A stretch of DNA of 64,000 nt from Alphaproteobacteria bacterium (GTDB taxonomy: Bacteria; Pseudomonadota; Alphaproteobacteria; GCA-2731375): positions 1-64,000 of the forward strand of contig CBDDBZ010000037.1 of assembly GCA_965225945.1 (NCBI GenBank), read 5' to 3'. Below, piece after piece: positions 21,533 through 32,430 of the stretch (positions are counted from its first letter, which is position 1; the number at the start of each line of letters is the position of its first letter). Below the pieces are notes generated by a model. That model ran no database searches. It was given only the letters and a program-made list of their open reading frames with translations, and had not been told where the DNA came from. Made by a program: the position numbers and the translations under genes.

Positions 21533-21637
21533 TAATCTAAACCTCGAGGGATGAACCGGTGGTTCATCGGAAATGAGGGTTGGCGGTCCGCGCCGCACGT
21601 CGCGTCGACCGCCCTAGGCGAGGGGATTTGGGAAGAG

Positions 21638-23104
21638 ATGCTGTTGGGCGACATCCTGGTGGCGAAGGGACTGGTTTCGCTGGCCGACATCGAGCAGGCG
21701 GTGCAGCGTCAGGTCGAACAAGGTGGCCGATTGGGCGACAATCTGATCGCCTTGGGCGTGGTGACGCAGGAGCAACTCGACGAGGTGTTCAACGAGACAC
21801 CGGCCTCGCCGCGCAATCTCGACGAAATCGACGTAGATCCGATTTTGTTGCTGCAGCTCATCATCAAGGGCATATACGCGGAGAGCCTGGAGACGCCCTC
21901 GCAGATGGCCGAGGCGACGAAGCTGCCGAGCATCATCGTCAACGCACTGATCAAGGACGCGGTCGATCGAAAGCTGATGGAGGCGATCGGCAGCGCCACC
22001 GCCGGTGGTGGGGTGGCGCTCGCCGAGATGCGCTATGCGCTGAGCCGAGCCGGACGCGACTGGGCCGTGGATTCGCTGGAACGGAGCCAGTATTTCGGCC
22101 CGGCGCCGGTCACGCTCGAGAGTTATCAGGATCGCATCCAACGCCAGCGGATCACCAACGAGTGGATCAGCCGGCCAATGATGGACGAGGCCTTCGCCGA
22201 CCTGGTGATGCCCGGTCGCTTCGTCTCTCGCCTCGGACCGGCGATCAACTCCGGCACCGCCATCCTGATTTACGGGCCGGCCGGCAACGGCAAGACGACG
22301 ATTGCCGAGATCGTCGGCGAGATATTCCAGAACGTGATCTACGTACCCCACTGCATCGAGGTCGACGGACAGATCATCAAGATCTTCGATCCGAGCGTGC
22401 ACAAGTCGGTCGAGGACACGGCGGCGACCGGCGGCGCCGAGGTGCGCGGAATTCGGCGCGACCAGATGGACAAGCGCTGGGTGCCTTGCTTCCGGCCGAT
22501 GGTGATCACCGGCGGCGAGCTGACGCTGGAGATGCTGGACCTCAAGTTCAACGCCATCGCCAAGTTCTACGAGGCGCCGTTGCACATCAAGGCGATCAAC
22601 GGCACCTTTCTGATCGACGACTTCGGCCGCCAGAGGGTGAAGCCGGCAGACATCCTGAACCGCTGGATCGTGCCGCTGATGAGCCGGGTCGACTACCTTG
22701 GGCTGCACACCGGCAAGAGCTTCGAGATCCCCTTCGACGAGCTGGTGATCTTCTCGACCAACCTGCATCCCAACGATCTGATGGATCCCGCCTTCCAGCG
22801 CCGGATCGCCTACAAGCTGGAGACCGTCGAGCCGCCGGAGGATCTGTTCCGCGAGGTGTTCGAGGCCATGGCGGCGAAGCAGGGTCTGGAACTGGAGGAA
22901 TTCGTTTACAACCAGGTCGTCTCGGGGATCCGCGAGAACGAGGCGCCGCTCGCCTACTTTCAGCCGAAATTCATCGTCGAGCAGGTGCTCGCGTCCTGCA
23001 AGTTCGAGGGCATAACCCCGCAGTTCACGCCCGAGAACGTCGAGGACGCGATGCTCAATCTCTTCGTCAAGACGGAGAGCCAGATGTTCGGCGTCAAGCG
23101 CTGA
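21638..23104 (+). CDS. AAA ATPase with N-terminal MshEN-like domain
   Basis: LLGDILVAKGLV...Q and RLGDNLIALGVV motifs; Walker A GPAGNGKT; LIDDFGRQ. Confidence 0.85.
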   Translation: MLLGDILVAKGLVSLADIEQAVQRQVEQGGRLGDNLIALGVVTQEQLDEVFNETPASPRNLDEIDVDPILLLQLIIKGIYAESLETPSQMAEATKLPSIIVNALIKDAVDRKLMEAIGSATAGGGVALAEMRYALSRAGRDWAVDSLERSQYFGPAPVTLESYQDRIQRQRITNEWISRPMMDEAFADLVMPGRFVSRLGPAINSGTAILIYGPAGNGKTTIAEIVGEIFQNVIYVPHCIEVDGQIIKIFDPSVHKSVEDTAATGGAEVRGIRRDQMDKRWVPCFRPMVITGGELTLEMLDLKFNAIAKFYEAPLHIKAINGTFLIDDFGRQRVKPADILNRWIVPLMSRVDYLGLHTGKSFEIPFDELVIFSTNLHPNDLMDPAFQRRIAYKLETVEPPEDLFREVFEAMAAKQGLELEEFVYNQVVSGIRENEAPLAYFQPKFIVEQVLASCKFEGITPQFTPENVEDAMLNLFVKTESQMFGVKR

Positions 23105-23156
23105 GAGTCGGACTCCAATGGTGCCAAAAGCCGGGGCGGCCTGGTGCGGCCCGGCT

Positions 23157-23214
23157 AAGATAAGGGGACACAATACTTATCCTCGCGAGGATAAGTATTG
23201 TGTCCCCTTATCTT
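23157..23214. repeat. Perfect 58-bp palindrome (REPIN-like)
   Basis: AAGATAAGGGGACACAATACTTATCCTCG followed by its exact reverse complement. Confidence 0.9.
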
Positions 23215-23263
23215 GAAGCCGAGGGAGCTTTTCACGATCAACCGGCAAGGAAAGGCCCAAGCC

Positions 23264-23578
23264 ATGATCATCACCACCACGAACGGGATCGAGGGCCGCG
23301 AAATCGTCGAATATCTCGGTGTCGTCAGCGGCGAGGCGGATTACGGCGCCAACGTCTTCCGTGATATTTTCGCCTCGGTCCGCGACATCGTCGGCGGCCG
23401 CGCCGGCGGTTACGAACACGTCCTCAAGGACGGCAAGAACACCGCCCTCGAAGACATGGCCGAGGAGGCAGGCGCGCTCGGCGCCAACGCCGTCGTCGGC
23501 GTCGACCTCGACTACGAGACGATCGGCAAGTCGATGTTGATGGTGAGCGCCAACGGCACCGCCGTGCGCGTCCGCTAG
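23264..23578 (+). CDS. YbjQ/UPF0145 family protein
   Basis: [51 protein letters not shown]. Confidence 0.95.
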   Translation: MIITTTNGIEGREIVEYLGVVSGEADYGANVFRDIFASVRDIVGGRAGGYEHVLKDGKNTALEDMAEEAGALGANAVVGVDLDYETIGKSMLMVSANGTAVRVR

Positions 23579-23651
23579 AACTCGTCATTCGGGATCGTGC
23601 TCTAAACGTGGCGCGCGGCCATATGTCGGCGAGCAAGGGGAGCCTATCGCG

Positions 23652-24791
23652 ATGACCGCCGAGCGGCCGATCTTCGCCGAAGAGCACGAAATCTTTCGCC
23701 GGAGCGTCCGCCGCTTCGTCGAGACCGAGATCTCGCCCCACCACGAGCAGTGGGAAAAGGACGGCCAGATCTCCCGCGAGGCCTGGCTGAAGGCGGGCGA
23801 GAGGGGTCTCCTGTGCTGCTCGATCCCCGCGGAATACGGCGGCATGGGCGGCGACAAGCGCCATAGCGTCGTGGTCTTCGAGGAACTCGCCCGGGCGGGC
23901 GCGACCGGGCCGGGCTTCGGCCTGCATTCCGAAATCGTCGCCCCCTACATCCTCCACTACGGCTCCGAGGAGCAGAAACAGAGGTATCTCCCCGCCATGG
24001 CGCGGGGCGAGATGATCGGCGCCATCGCGATGACCGAGCCGGGAACCGGCAGCGACCTCCAGGGCATTCGCACCCGGGCCCGGCTCGACGCCGACCACTA
24101 CGTGGTGAACGGGTCCAAGACCTTCATCACCAACGGCCAGATGGCCGACCTGGTCGTCGTCGTCGCCAAGACCGATCCCGATCCCGGCGCCAAGGCGATC
24201 AGCCTGATCCTCGTCGAGCGCGACACCGAGGGCTTTCGCCGCGGCCGCAACCTGGAGAAGATCGGCCTCAAGGCCCAGGACACCTCGGAACTGTTCTTCG
24301 ACGACGCCCGCGTGCCGGCGCGGAACCTACTGGGCGAGGAGGGGCGGGGCTTCGTCTATCTGATGGAGGAGCTCGCCTGGGAACGCCTCCAGGTCGCGAT
24401 CACCGCCGTCGCCAGCGCCGAGGCGGCGCTTGCCTGGACGCTCGACTACACCCGTAACCGCAAGGCCTTCGGCCGGGCCATCGCCGAATTTCAGCATAGC
24501 CGCTTCACCCTCGCCGAAATCAAGACCGAAGTGACCGTGGCGCGGATCTTCGTCGACCACTGCATTCAGCTCGTGGTGGCCGACGCGCTCGACGCCGAGA
24601 CCGGCGCAATGGCGAAGTATTGGTGCACCGATCTGCAAGGCCTTGTGATCGATCGTTGCCTTCAGCTCCACGGCGGCTACGGCTACATGTGGGAATACCC
24701 GATCGCCCGGGCGCACGCGGATGCCCGGGTACAGCGAATCTACGCCGGCACCAACGAGATCATGAAAGAGATCATCTCGCGTTCGCTTTGA
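23652..24791 (+). CDS. Acyl-CoA dehydrogenase
   Basis: AIAMTEPGTGSD, NGSKTFITNG, QLHGGYGY, IYAGTNEIM. Confidence 0.95.
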   Translation: MTAERPIFAEEHEIFRRSVRRFVETEISPHHEQWEKDGQISREAWLKAGERGLLCCSIPAEYGGMGGDKRHSVVVFEELARAGATGPGFGLHSEIVAPYILHYGSEEQKQRYLPAMARGEMIGAIAMTEPGTGSDLQGIRTRARLDADHYVVNGSKTFITNGQMADLVVVVAKTDPDPGAKAISLILVERDTEGFRRGRNLEKIGLKAQDTSELFFDDARVPARNLLGEEGRGFVYLMEELAWERLQVAITAVASAEAALAWTLDYTRNRKAFGRAIAEFQHSRFTLAEIKTEVTVARIFVDHCIQLVVADALDAETGAMAKYWCTDLQGLVIDRCLQLHGGYGYMWEYPIARAHADARVQRIYAGTNEIMKEIISRSL

Positions 24792-24826
24792 TAGCTGCCG
24801 CGCCGATGGTTAGTGGATTCTATCCG

Positions 24827-25699
24827 CTAGATCGAGGCGAGCAGGCGCCACATCGCCTGGAACAACGGGCTTTCGGAATCGGCCATCGCCTCGCCGACCG
24901 AGAAATGGTTGGTGCCGGGAACGATCAGATACTCGGGCGCGAGGCCGGCGCTCCGGGCCAGCTCGGCGTAACGCTGGCTCTGATCGATCCAGCCCTCCGG
25001 CTCCCCGCCGCCGACCGCGACCAGGAGCGGAACCGCCCGGCGCGGCGGATCCGCGAGGCAGTCGTTGCGCGCCGCCATCGCCTTATCTAGCCGGACGTCG
25101 TCGTTGATCGGCAGCCGCATCACCACCTCGGGCTCGTAGATTCCACTGACGCAGATCCCGGCCTTGACGATATCCCCCGCCATCCCGTCCCTGGCCCAAT
25201 CGCGCCTGAGCAGCATCGCCACCAGATGCGCGCCCGCCGAATGCCCGGCGACGACGATTCGGCCGGGATCGCCGCCGAGATGGCGGCCGTTGCGATAGAC
25301 GTGGACGACGGCGCGGGCGATCTGGGCGACGATGTCGTCCAAGGTCACGTCGGGGCAGAGATCATAGTCGAGGTTGACGACCAGGGCGCCCGCCCGCGCC
25401 CAGGGAGGCGCGATCCAACTGAATTCGCTCTTCTCGAGCGCCCGCCAAAATCCGCCGTGAAGGTAGATCAGGATCGGCGGCGGCGTGCCCAAGGCGAGAC
25501 CGTTCGCGGGATGGCAATCATAGATCTCCCTCGGCCCCGGTCCGTAACGGAGGTCGTACCTGCCCTCGATCTCTTCGCGCGCCTGGGCCGCCATCACCGC
25601 CAAGTTGGCGATCCGTGCCTCGGCGTCGGGTATCGACGCCCTGGGCGAATAGTGCTGCGCGATGGTGGCGTCGTCCATATTGCGCCAATCGAAGCTCAT
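24827..25699 (-). CDS. Alpha/beta hydrolase (arylformamidase-like)
   Basis: YLHGGFW, GHSAG nucleophile elbow, NHF. Confidence 0.9.
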   Translation of the reverse strand: MSFDWRNMDDATIAQHYSPRASIPDAEARIANLAVMAAQAREEIEGRYDLRYGPGPREIYDCHPANGLALGTPPPILIYLHGGFWRALEKSEFSWIAPPWARAGALVVNLDYDLCPDVTLDDIVAQIARAVVHVYRNGRHLGGDPGRIVVAGHSAGAHLVAMLLRRDWARDGMAGDIVKAGICVSGIYEPEVVMRLPINDDVRLDKAMAARNDCLADPPRRAVPLLVAVGGGEPEGWIDQSQRYAELARSAGLAPEYLIVPGTNHFSVGEAMADSESPLFQAMWRLLASI

Positions 25700-25725
25700 G
25701 TTGCCTCCCGAGTGTCCTTGCCTCG

Positions 25726-26706
25726 CTATTGCGGATAACAGCCGGCGACCCGGGCCCGAAGCCGGGCGAGCCCGTGCACCAACTCGATCGTCGGCGTCGG
25801 CACGCCGACCAGGCGGCCGAGCTCTATCGCGGCCCCGCTGAGGGCGTCGAGTTCGATCATGCGACCGCGCTCCAGATCCTGCAGCATCGAGGTCTTGTGC
25901 GCGCCGACCTCGCGCGCGGCATCGAGCCGCTCGTCCACGTCGATCCGGAAATCGACGCCCAGCTTTTCGCCGACCAATCGCGCTTCCCCCATCATGGCCC
26001 GGCAGATCGCCCGGGTCTCCGGGTCCTCGACGATGCGATCGAGGGTGGCCCCCGTCAGCAGGCTCACCGGATTGAGCGAGAGATTGCCCCAGAGCTTGAT
26101 CCAGATCTCGTCGCGGATGTTGCGCGTGACCGGGGCCTCGATGCCGGCCTCGATGAGCGCGCGGGAGAGCGCCTGGACCCGTTCCGAGCAAGAGCCGTCG
26201 GGCTCGCCCAAGGGGATGGGGTTGGGGAAAGTCAGGTGGATGACGCCCGGCTCGGCGATCTCGGCGGCCTGCCAGAGGACACAGCCGATCGCGCGCTCCG
26301 GGCCGATCGCCTTCCACTGCGCGTCGCCCGGATCGACGCTGGCCAGTCGCTGGCCTTTATACGCGCCCTCCAGGCGATGGAAATACCACCAGGGGACGCC
26401 GTTCATCGCCGTCACCACCGCCGTCTTCGGGCCGAGCAGCGGCTGGATCCGCTCGACCGCGGACGGCACCGAATGGGCCTTCAGGGCGATGATGACGTAG
26501 TCCTGGGGCCCGAAGTCGGTTGCCTCGTCGCTCGCCGGCGGGCGCACGGTGAAGCGTTCCTCGGCGGTCACCAGGGTCAGGCCCTTCTCACGAATCGCGG
26601 CCAGGTGCGGGCCTCGCGCGATCAGCGACACCTCGGCGCCGGCACGGGCCAGTTGCGCGCCGATCTGGCCGCCGACGGCGCCGGCCCCGAAGACGCAGAT
26701 TTTCAC
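25726..26706 (-). CDS. 2-dehydropantoate 2-reductase-like protein of the oxalate operon
   Basis: KICVFGAGAVGG, IALKAH, NGVPWW, KLWGN, SMLQD; GTG start overlaps the upstream stop. Confidence 0.9.
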   Translation of the reverse strand: MKICVFGAGAVGGQIGAQLARAGAEVSLIARGPHLAAIREKGLTLVTAEERFTVRPPASDEATDFGPQDYVIIALKAHSVPSAVERIQPLLGPKTAVVTAMNGVPWWYFHRLEGAYKGQRLASVDPGDAQWKAIGPERAIGCVLWQAAEIAEPGVIHLTFPNPIPLGEPDGSCSERVQALSRALIEAGIEAPVTRNIRDEIWIKLWGNLSLNPVSLLTGATLDRIVEDPETRAICRAMMGEARLVGEKLGVDFRIDVDERLDAAREVGAHKTSMLQDLERGRMIELDALSGAAIELGRLVGVPTPTIELVHGLARLRARVAGCYPQ

Positions 26707-28247
26707 CGGGCGAGCCCCAGCTTCTCGGCCAGTCCGATGCGCTGCAGCTTGCCGGTGGCCCCCTTCGGGATCTCCTCCACAAGCACGACCCGGCGTGGCA
26801 CCTTGAAGTCCGCCAGCCGGTCCCGGGCGAAGGCGCGGACCTCGCCCGAATCGATTTCGGCGCCCTGGCGGGCGACGATCGCCACCGCCACCTCCTCGCC
26901 GAGCTTGTCGTGCGGCATTGCGAATGTGACCGCCTGGTCGATGTCGGGATGGTCCAGCAGGACCTCGTCGACCTCGCGCGGGCTCACCTTCTCGCCGCCC
27001 CGGTTGATGATCTCCTTCAACCGGCCGGTGATGGTCAGATAACCCTCGCCGTCCAGCACGCCCTGATCGCCGGTGCGGAACCAGCCGTCGTGGAAGGCGG
27101 TCGCGTTGGCTTCCGGGTTTTCCAGATAGCCGGCGGTGACGTTCGGGCCCCGGATCACGACTTCGCCGACCCGATCCGTGGCTAGAATCGCGCCCGCCTC
27201 GTCCATCACCTGGACCTCGGGGCCCGCCGCGACGCCGACGCTGCCGGGCCGCCGGGCCTGGGGCGGCAACGGGTTCGAGGCCATCTGGTGCGCCGCCTCG
27301 GTCATTCCGTAGCTCTCGATCACGGGGCAGCCGAAGGTCTCCTCGAGCGCCAGCATGATCTGGGGCGGCAGGGAGGAGGAGGAGGAACGGATCAGCCTGA
27401 GATCGAGCGCTTTCAGCACTTCGGGATTGCGTTCCGCCCGGGCCAGGATCGCTTGGTGCATGGTGGGCACGGCGGTGTACCAGCTCGGCCCGACCTCGGC
27501 CATCCAGGCGAAAAGCCTGAGCGCGTTGAAGCCTGGACAGCACCAGACCGAGGCCCCGGCGCGCAAGCTCGCCAGCACCGCCGCCATCAGCCCGTGAATG
27601 TGAAACAGCGGCATGATGTTGAGGCAGCGATCGCCCGGCTCGAGGCGCAGCGTCCGGGCGATGTGGCCGGCCGAGGCGGCGACGTTGCGGTGGAGGAGCG
27701 GCACCATCATCGGCCGCGAGGTGGTGCCGGAGGTATGCAGCACCAGGGCGACGTCGGCGGCGCCGACCGCGCGCGCGGCGCCCTCTCGGGCCTCGCCCGA
27801 AAGCGGAAAGCTGCGGGCCTCGCCCGAAAGTCGAAAGGCGCCGGCCGGACCGGACTCGTCCGGGCTCAGCTCGATCACCGGCACGCCGCGACGGGCCGCG
27901 ACCGTGCGGGCCGGTCCGTCCTCGCCGGCCAGCACCACCAGCGCCCGCGCGTTCAGGTCGCCGAGGTAGAAATCGAACTCCTGCTCCCGATAAGCGGGAT
28001 TGAGCGGCGCCGTCGCCGCCGCGCAAGCGATCGAGACGAAGGCGCTCGCCATCTCCGGGCCGTCCGGTAGCACGATGGCGACATTATCGCCGGCGCCTAG
28101 CCCCAAGGCGTTCAAATCGGCGACCACGCCGTCCGCGTGGCGGCGCAGTTCGCCGAAGCTCATCGCCCGGCGTCCCGGGGCGCCGATCGCCGGCGCGTCG
28201 TCGGCGCCGATCGAAAGCACGCCCCGCACATCGTCGTGGTCGCTCAT
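26703..28247 (-). CDS. Acyl-CoA synthetase, probable oxalate-CoA ligase
   Basis: LHTSGTTSRP, PLFHIHGL, ESYGMTEAAHQM, WFRTGDQG; located after oxc-frc. Confidence 0.85.
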   Translation of the reverse strand: MSDHDDVRGVLSIGADDAPAIGAPGRRAMSFGELRRHADGVVADLNALGLGAGDNVAIVLPDGPEMASAFVSIACAAATAPLNPAYREQEFDFYLGDLNARALVVLAGEDGPARTVAARRGVPVIELSPDESGPAGAFRLSGEARSFPLSGEAREGAARAVGAADVALVLHTSGTTSRPMMVPLLHRNVAASAGHIARTLRLEPGDRCLNIMPLFHIHGLMAAVLASLRAGASVWCCPGFNALRLFAWMAEVGPSWYTAVPTMHQAILARAERNPEVLKALDLRLIRSSSSSLPPQIMLALEETFGCPVIESYGMTEAAHQMASNPLPPQARRPGSVGVAAGPEVQVMDEAGAILATDRVGEVVIRGPNVTAGYLENPEANATAFHDGWFRTGDQGVLDGEGYLTITGRLKEIINRGGEKVSPREVDEVLLDHPDIDQAVTFAMPHDKLGEEVAVAIVARQGAEIDSGEVRAFARDRLADFKVPRRVVLVEEIPKGATGKLQRIGLAEKLGLAR

Positions 28248-28349
28248 CCGCCGCACCTGCCGTGCTCGCTACGAATCGACACCGTTGGAAATAGCACGAA
28301 AGCAGCGTTCCCAGAACTGCGGCCCGTGACCGGCGGCGCCCGGGGGCGG

Positions 28350-29600
28350 CTATTTACCGACGGCGCCGGCAATTTTTATGGCTTCGATCTCGGCATCGGT
28401 GAGGCCGAGGACGTCGGCGAGGATTTCCCGAGTGTGTTCGCCCAGCAGCGGCGAGCGTTCGATCTCGGCGGGGGAGGCCGAGAGTTTGACCGGACAGCCC
28501 ACGGTCAGATAGTTGCCGCGCTCGGGATGGGGCACGTCGACGACGGTGCCGCTCTCGCGCAGAGAGGGCTCTTCCGCCAACTCCTTCATCGAGAGGATCG
28601 GCCCGCAGGGCACGTTCAGCGGAGTCATGATCGCCATCACCTCGAACTTGTCCATGGTCATGGTCCATGCCTCGATGGTATCGAAGATCCGCTCGAGCTT
28701 CGGCAGGCGGGCATCGGGGGTGGCGTATTCGGGATCGTCGATCCATTCCGGCTTGCCGATCGCCTCGCAGATCGCCGGCCAGGCCGCGGCCTGGGTGATG
28801 AAGTATAGATAGGCGTTGGGGTCGCTTTCCCAGCCCTTGCATTTCACGATCCAGCCCGGCTGGCCGCCGCCCGAGGCGTTGCCGCCGCGCGGCACCGCGT
28901 CGCCGAATTCGCCGTTCGGATATTGCGGGTATTCCTTCATGACGCCCCGGTCGAGGCGCTGCTGATCGCGCAGCTTGACCCGGCAGAGGTTCAAGACGCC
29001 ATCCTGCATCGATGCCGAGACGCGCTGGCCCTTGCCGATGCGTTCGCGGTGCATCAGGGCCGCCAGTATGCCGAGCGCGAGATTGATGCCGGTGCCGGTG
29101 TCGCCGATCTGGGCGCCGGTCACCAGCGGCACGCCGTCGTCGAAGCCGGTGGTCGAGGCGGCACCGCCGGCGCATTGGGCGATGTTCTCATAAACCTTGT
29201 AATCCTCGAACGGCCCCGGCCCGAAGCCCTTGATCGAGGCGTAGACCAGGCGCGGGTTCAATTCTTGAATTTTTTCCCAAGTGAAGCCCATGCGGTCGAG
29301 CGCGCCGGGGGCGAAATTCTCGACCAGCACGTCGCAGGCTTGGATAAGCTGGGCGAAGACTCGGTTGCCTTCCGGAATCTTCGGGTTCAGCGTGATCGAG
29401 CGCTTGTTGTGGTTCAGCATGGTGAAATAGAGGCTGTCCACGCCGTCGATGTCGCGCAATTGGCCGCGGGTCGGATCGCCGGTGCCGGGGCGTTCCACCT
29501 TGATCACGTCGGCGCCGAGCCAGGCCAGCAACTGGGTGCAGGTGGGGCCTGCTTGAACATGGGTCATATCCAATACACGGATGCCATCGAGGGCCTTCAT
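28350..29600 (-). CDS. frc: Formyl-CoA transferase
   Basis: [51 protein letters not shown]. Confidence 0.95.
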   Translation of the reverse strand: MKALDGIRVLDMTHVQAGPTCTQLLAWLGADVIKVERPGTGDPTRGQLRDIDGVDSLYFTMLNHNKRSITLNPKIPEGNRVFAQLIQACDVLVENFAPGALDRMGFTWEKIQELNPRLVYASIKGFGPGPFEDYKVYENIAQCAGGAASTTGFDDGVPLVTGAQIGDTGTGINLALGILAALMHRERIGKGQRVSASMQDGVLNLCRVKLRDQQRLDRGVMKEYPQYPNGEFGDAVPRGGNASGGGQPGWIVKCKGWESDPNAYLYFITQAAAWPAICEAIGKPEWIDDPEYATPDARLPKLERIFDTIEAWTMTMDKFEVMAIMTPLNVPCGPILSMKELAEEPSLRESGTVVDVPHPERGNYLTVGCPVKLSASPAEIERSPLLGEHTREILADVLGLTDAEIEAIKIAGAVGK

Positions 29601-29647
29601 CTGGCGCTCCTCCCTGGGTTCTGGGCGTTCGGGCTCGCGGCTGCCGC

Positions 29648-31381
29648 CTATTTCTTGGCGACCACGCTCTGCGGGTTGAGGTTGCCGATGCGCCCGCTCT
29701 CGGTGCCGGCGGTCGGATCGATCACGGCGTTGACCAGGGTCGGCCTGCCCGAGGCGATCGCCTCGCGCACCGCCCGGGCGAGTTCGTCCGGCGAGGTCGC
29801 GGTGACGCCGACGCCGCCGAAGGCCTGGATCAACTGGTCGTAGCGCGTGTCCTTGACGAAGACCGTCGTCGCCACGTCGCCGCCGGCGGGGTTGACATCC
29901 GTGCCGCGGTAGATGCCGCCGTTGTTGAAGACGACGACGCAGACCGACAGCTCGTAACGGCAGATGGTCTCGATCTCCATGCCGGAGAAGCCGAAGGCGC
30001 TGTCGCCCTCGATCGCCAGCACCGGGCAGCCGGTCTCCACCGCCGCGGCGATGGCCTGGCCCATGCCGATGCCCATGACGCCCCAGGTGCCGACGTCGAG
30101 CCGCTTGCGGGGCTTGTACATGTCGATGATGGAGCGGGCGAAGTCGAGGGTGTTGGCGCCCTCGTTCACCAGCACGACTTCGGGATTGTCGGCGATCACG
30201 CCCTTCAGCGCGCCCAGCGCCCCGTGGTAGTCCATCGGCACGTTGTTGTTCCGCAGGCGGGGCGCCATGCGGGAGATGTTGCTCTCCTTCTTCTCACCGA
30301 CCGTATCGGTCCAGGCCGCGGGCGGCGGCGCCCAGTCGTCACCCATGCCGTCGAGCAGGGCCTGAACGCAGGAACCGATGTCGCCGACCACGGGGGCGGC
30401 GATCTCGACGTTGCTGTCCATCTCCCTCGGGTCGATGTCGATGTGGACGAAGCGCTTGGGCGCCTCGCCCCAGGTCCGCCCCTTGCCGTGGCTCAGCAGC
30501 CAATTGAGCCGGGCGCCGATCAGCATCACCGTGTCCGCCTCCTTCAGCACGAGGGAACGCGCGGGGCCGGCGAAAAGCGGATGGTCGTCGGGCAGCAGGC
30601 CCTTGGCCATGCTCATCGCCAGGTAGGGGATGGAGCTCTTCTCGACGAGGGTGCGGATGCGTTGGTCCTCCTGGGCGTAGGCGGCCCCCTTGCCGAGGAT
30701 GATCAGCGGCCGCTCCGCCGCCTTCAGCACCTCCAGCGCGCGCTCAATCGCGTCCGGCGCCGGGATCGCCCTTGGGGCGGGATCGATGACCTCGACCAGC
30801 GAGGCGGCACCCGCCTCGGCCTCCATCACCTGGCCCAAGAGCTTCGCCGGCAGGTCGAGATAGACGCCGCCCGGCCGGCCCGAGACGGCGGCGCGGATTG
30901 CCCGCGCGACGCCGATACCGATGTCCTCGGCTTGCAGGATGCGGTAGGCGGCCTTGCAAAGCGGCTTGGCGATGGCGAGCTGGTCCATTTCCTCGTAGTC
31001 GCCCTGCTGCAGGTCGACGATCTCGCGCTCGGACGAGCCGCTCAATAGGATCATCGGGTAGCAGTTGGTGGTGGCGTGCGCCAGCGCGGTCAGACCGTTC
31101 AGGAAGCCGGGCGCCGAGACGGTCATGCAGACGCCGGGCCGCTGCGTCAGATAGCCGGCGATGGCCGCCGCGTAGCCGGCGTTCTGCTCGTGGCGGAAGG
31201 AGAGGACGCGCATGCCTTCGGCCTGCATGAAGCGGCCGAGGTCGGTGATCGGGATCCCGGGCACGTTGTAGATGGTCTCGATGCCGTTCAGTTTCAGCGC
31301 GTCGATCACCAGGTGAAAGCCGTCGGTGAGCGCGCCCGCTTCGCCCACCTCGTCCTGGATCTCGGCTTCCGTCGTCGCCAT
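29648..31381 (-). CDS. oxc: Oxalyl-CoA decarboxylase
   Basis: [56 protein letters not shown]. Confidence 0.95.
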   Translation of the reverse strand: MATTEAEIQDEVGEAGALTDGFHLVIDALKLNGIETIYNVPGIPITDLGRFMQAEGMRVLSFRHEQNAGYAAAIAGYLTQRPGVCMTVSAPGFLNGLTALAHATTNCYPMILLSGSSEREIVDLQQGDYEEMDQLAIAKPLCKAAYRILQAEDIGIGVARAIRAAVSGRPGGVYLDLPAKLLGQVMEAEAGAASLVEVIDPAPRAIPAPDAIERALEVLKAAERPLIILGKGAAYAQEDQRIRTLVEKSSIPYLAMSMAKGLLPDDHPLFAGPARSLVLKEADTVMLIGARLNWLLSHGKGRTWGEAPKRFVHIDIDPREMDSNVEIAAPVVGDIGSCVQALLDGMGDDWAPPPAAWTDTVGEKKESNISRMAPRLRNNNVPMDYHGALGALKGVIADNPEVVLVNEGANTLDFARSIIDMYKPRKRLDVGTWGVMGIGMGQAIAAAVETGCPVLAIEGDSAFGFSGMEIETICRYELSVCVVVFNNGGIYRGTDVNPAGGDVATTVFVKDTRYDQLIQAFGGVGVTATSPDELARAVREAIASGRPTLVNAVIDPTAGTESGRIGNLNPQSVVAKK

Positions 31382-31420
31382 GTCTCGCTCCTCCCTCCCG
31401 CGGGGCCCGATTTTCGGTGC

Positions 31421-31432
31421 CTGGTATACCAG
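31421..31432. promoter_or_regulatory. Palindromic FadR/GntR-type operator upstream of oxc
   Basis: CTGGTATACCAG, 40 bp upstream of the oxc start. Confidence 0.55.
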
Positions 31433-31587
31433 ATGGCGAAAACGCCTCCAAGCGGCCATGCGGCGCGGCTCGGGAGGCGCGCGCGAAGGGTCGCCTTGTT
31501 TTCCCAATGACGATGGCCGCGGAATCGTCGATCGACCATGCGGTCCTTCTTCGGACTTTATCGATCCGGCCTTTGGCGGTGGAATAG

Positions 31588-31686
31588 AGTAAAGGGGTCA
31601 GGCACCTTTTACGCGCCATCGATTGTCTGGACCCGAGGCGTCGGGGCGCTGGCAACTCACAAGCAATGGTGCCTGACCACATTACC
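31588..31686. repeat. 99-bp REPIN-like unit, copy 1
   Basis: AAAGGGGTCAGGCACC...GGTGCCTGACC inverted ends; 96/99 identical to 32517-32615. Confidence 0.85.
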
Positions 31687-31697
31687 CGCGATCGATT

Positions 31698-32423
31698 AAA
31701 GGGGTCAGGCTACTTTTCATTGCCCGAAGGACCTGATAGGATCCGGGCATGCCCCGACCCGCCCGCATGGCCGTCGCCGACTTGGCCTATCATGTCCTCA
31801 ATCGCGGCAATGGCAAGGCGACGGTGTTTCATGACGCGGAGGACTACGCCGCCTTCGTCCGTCTGCTGGGAGAGGCGTCGGACCGGGTGGCGATGCGGAT
31901 CGCCGCCTGGTGCCTCATGGCGAACCACTTCCATCTCGTGCTCTGGCCGCCGGAGGACGACACCTTGAGCCAGTGGATGCAATGGCTGACGACGACGCAT
32001 GTTCGCCGCCACCACCGGCGCCACGGCACCGGCGGGCACGTCTGGCAGGGTCGCTTCAAGGCCTTTCCGATCCAGCGCGACGCGCATCTGCTGACCGTTA
32101 TGCGCTACGTCGAGCGCAATCCGGTGCGCGCCGGCCTGGTCGCGCGGGCCGAGGACTGGCGCTGGTCGAGCCTCGCCGACCCGCCGCCCGCGGATGTGCC
32201 GCCCCGGCGCTCTCCAGTGCCCTTGCCGAGCGACTGGCGGGAGGTGGTCGCGCGCGCCGAGCCGGCGGCGGAGCTCGAGACGGTCCGCCGGAGCGTCGAT
32301 CGGGGCACGCCCTTCGGCGGCGCGCGCTGGGTGCCGCTCACCGCCCGGCGGCTCGGCCTCGAATCGACCGTGAATCCACGCGGCCGGCCGCGCAAGCCGC
32401 CATTAAAGTAGCCTGACCCCTTT
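31698..32423 (+). mobile_element. RAYT gene bracketed by perfect 19-bp inverted repeats
   Basis: AAAGGGGTCAGGCTACTTT (31698-31716) and its reverse complement (32405-32423). Confidence 0.85.
31749..32411 (+). CDS. REP-associated tyrosine (Y1 HUH) transposase
   Basis: MPRPAR, YHVLNRGN, CLMANHFHL, GHVWQGRF, YVERNPVRAGL, WRWSS. Confidence 0.95.
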   Translation: MPRPARMAVADLAYHVLNRGNGKATVFHDAEDYAAFVRLLGEASDRVAMRIAAWCLMANHFHLVLWPPEDDTLSQWMQWLTTTHVRRHHRRHGTGGHVWQGRFKAFPIQRDAHLLTVMRYVERNPVRAGLVARAEDWRWSSLADPPPADVPPRRSPVPLPSDWREVVARAEPAAELETVRRSVDRGTPFGGARWVPLTARRLGLESTVNPRGRPRKPPLK

Positions 32424-32430
32424 TTCTAGA

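Noticed and set aside
23575-23606. CTAGA...TCTAA possible small repeat remnant after ybjQ
   Set aside because: Weak symmetry and no second copy in the window.
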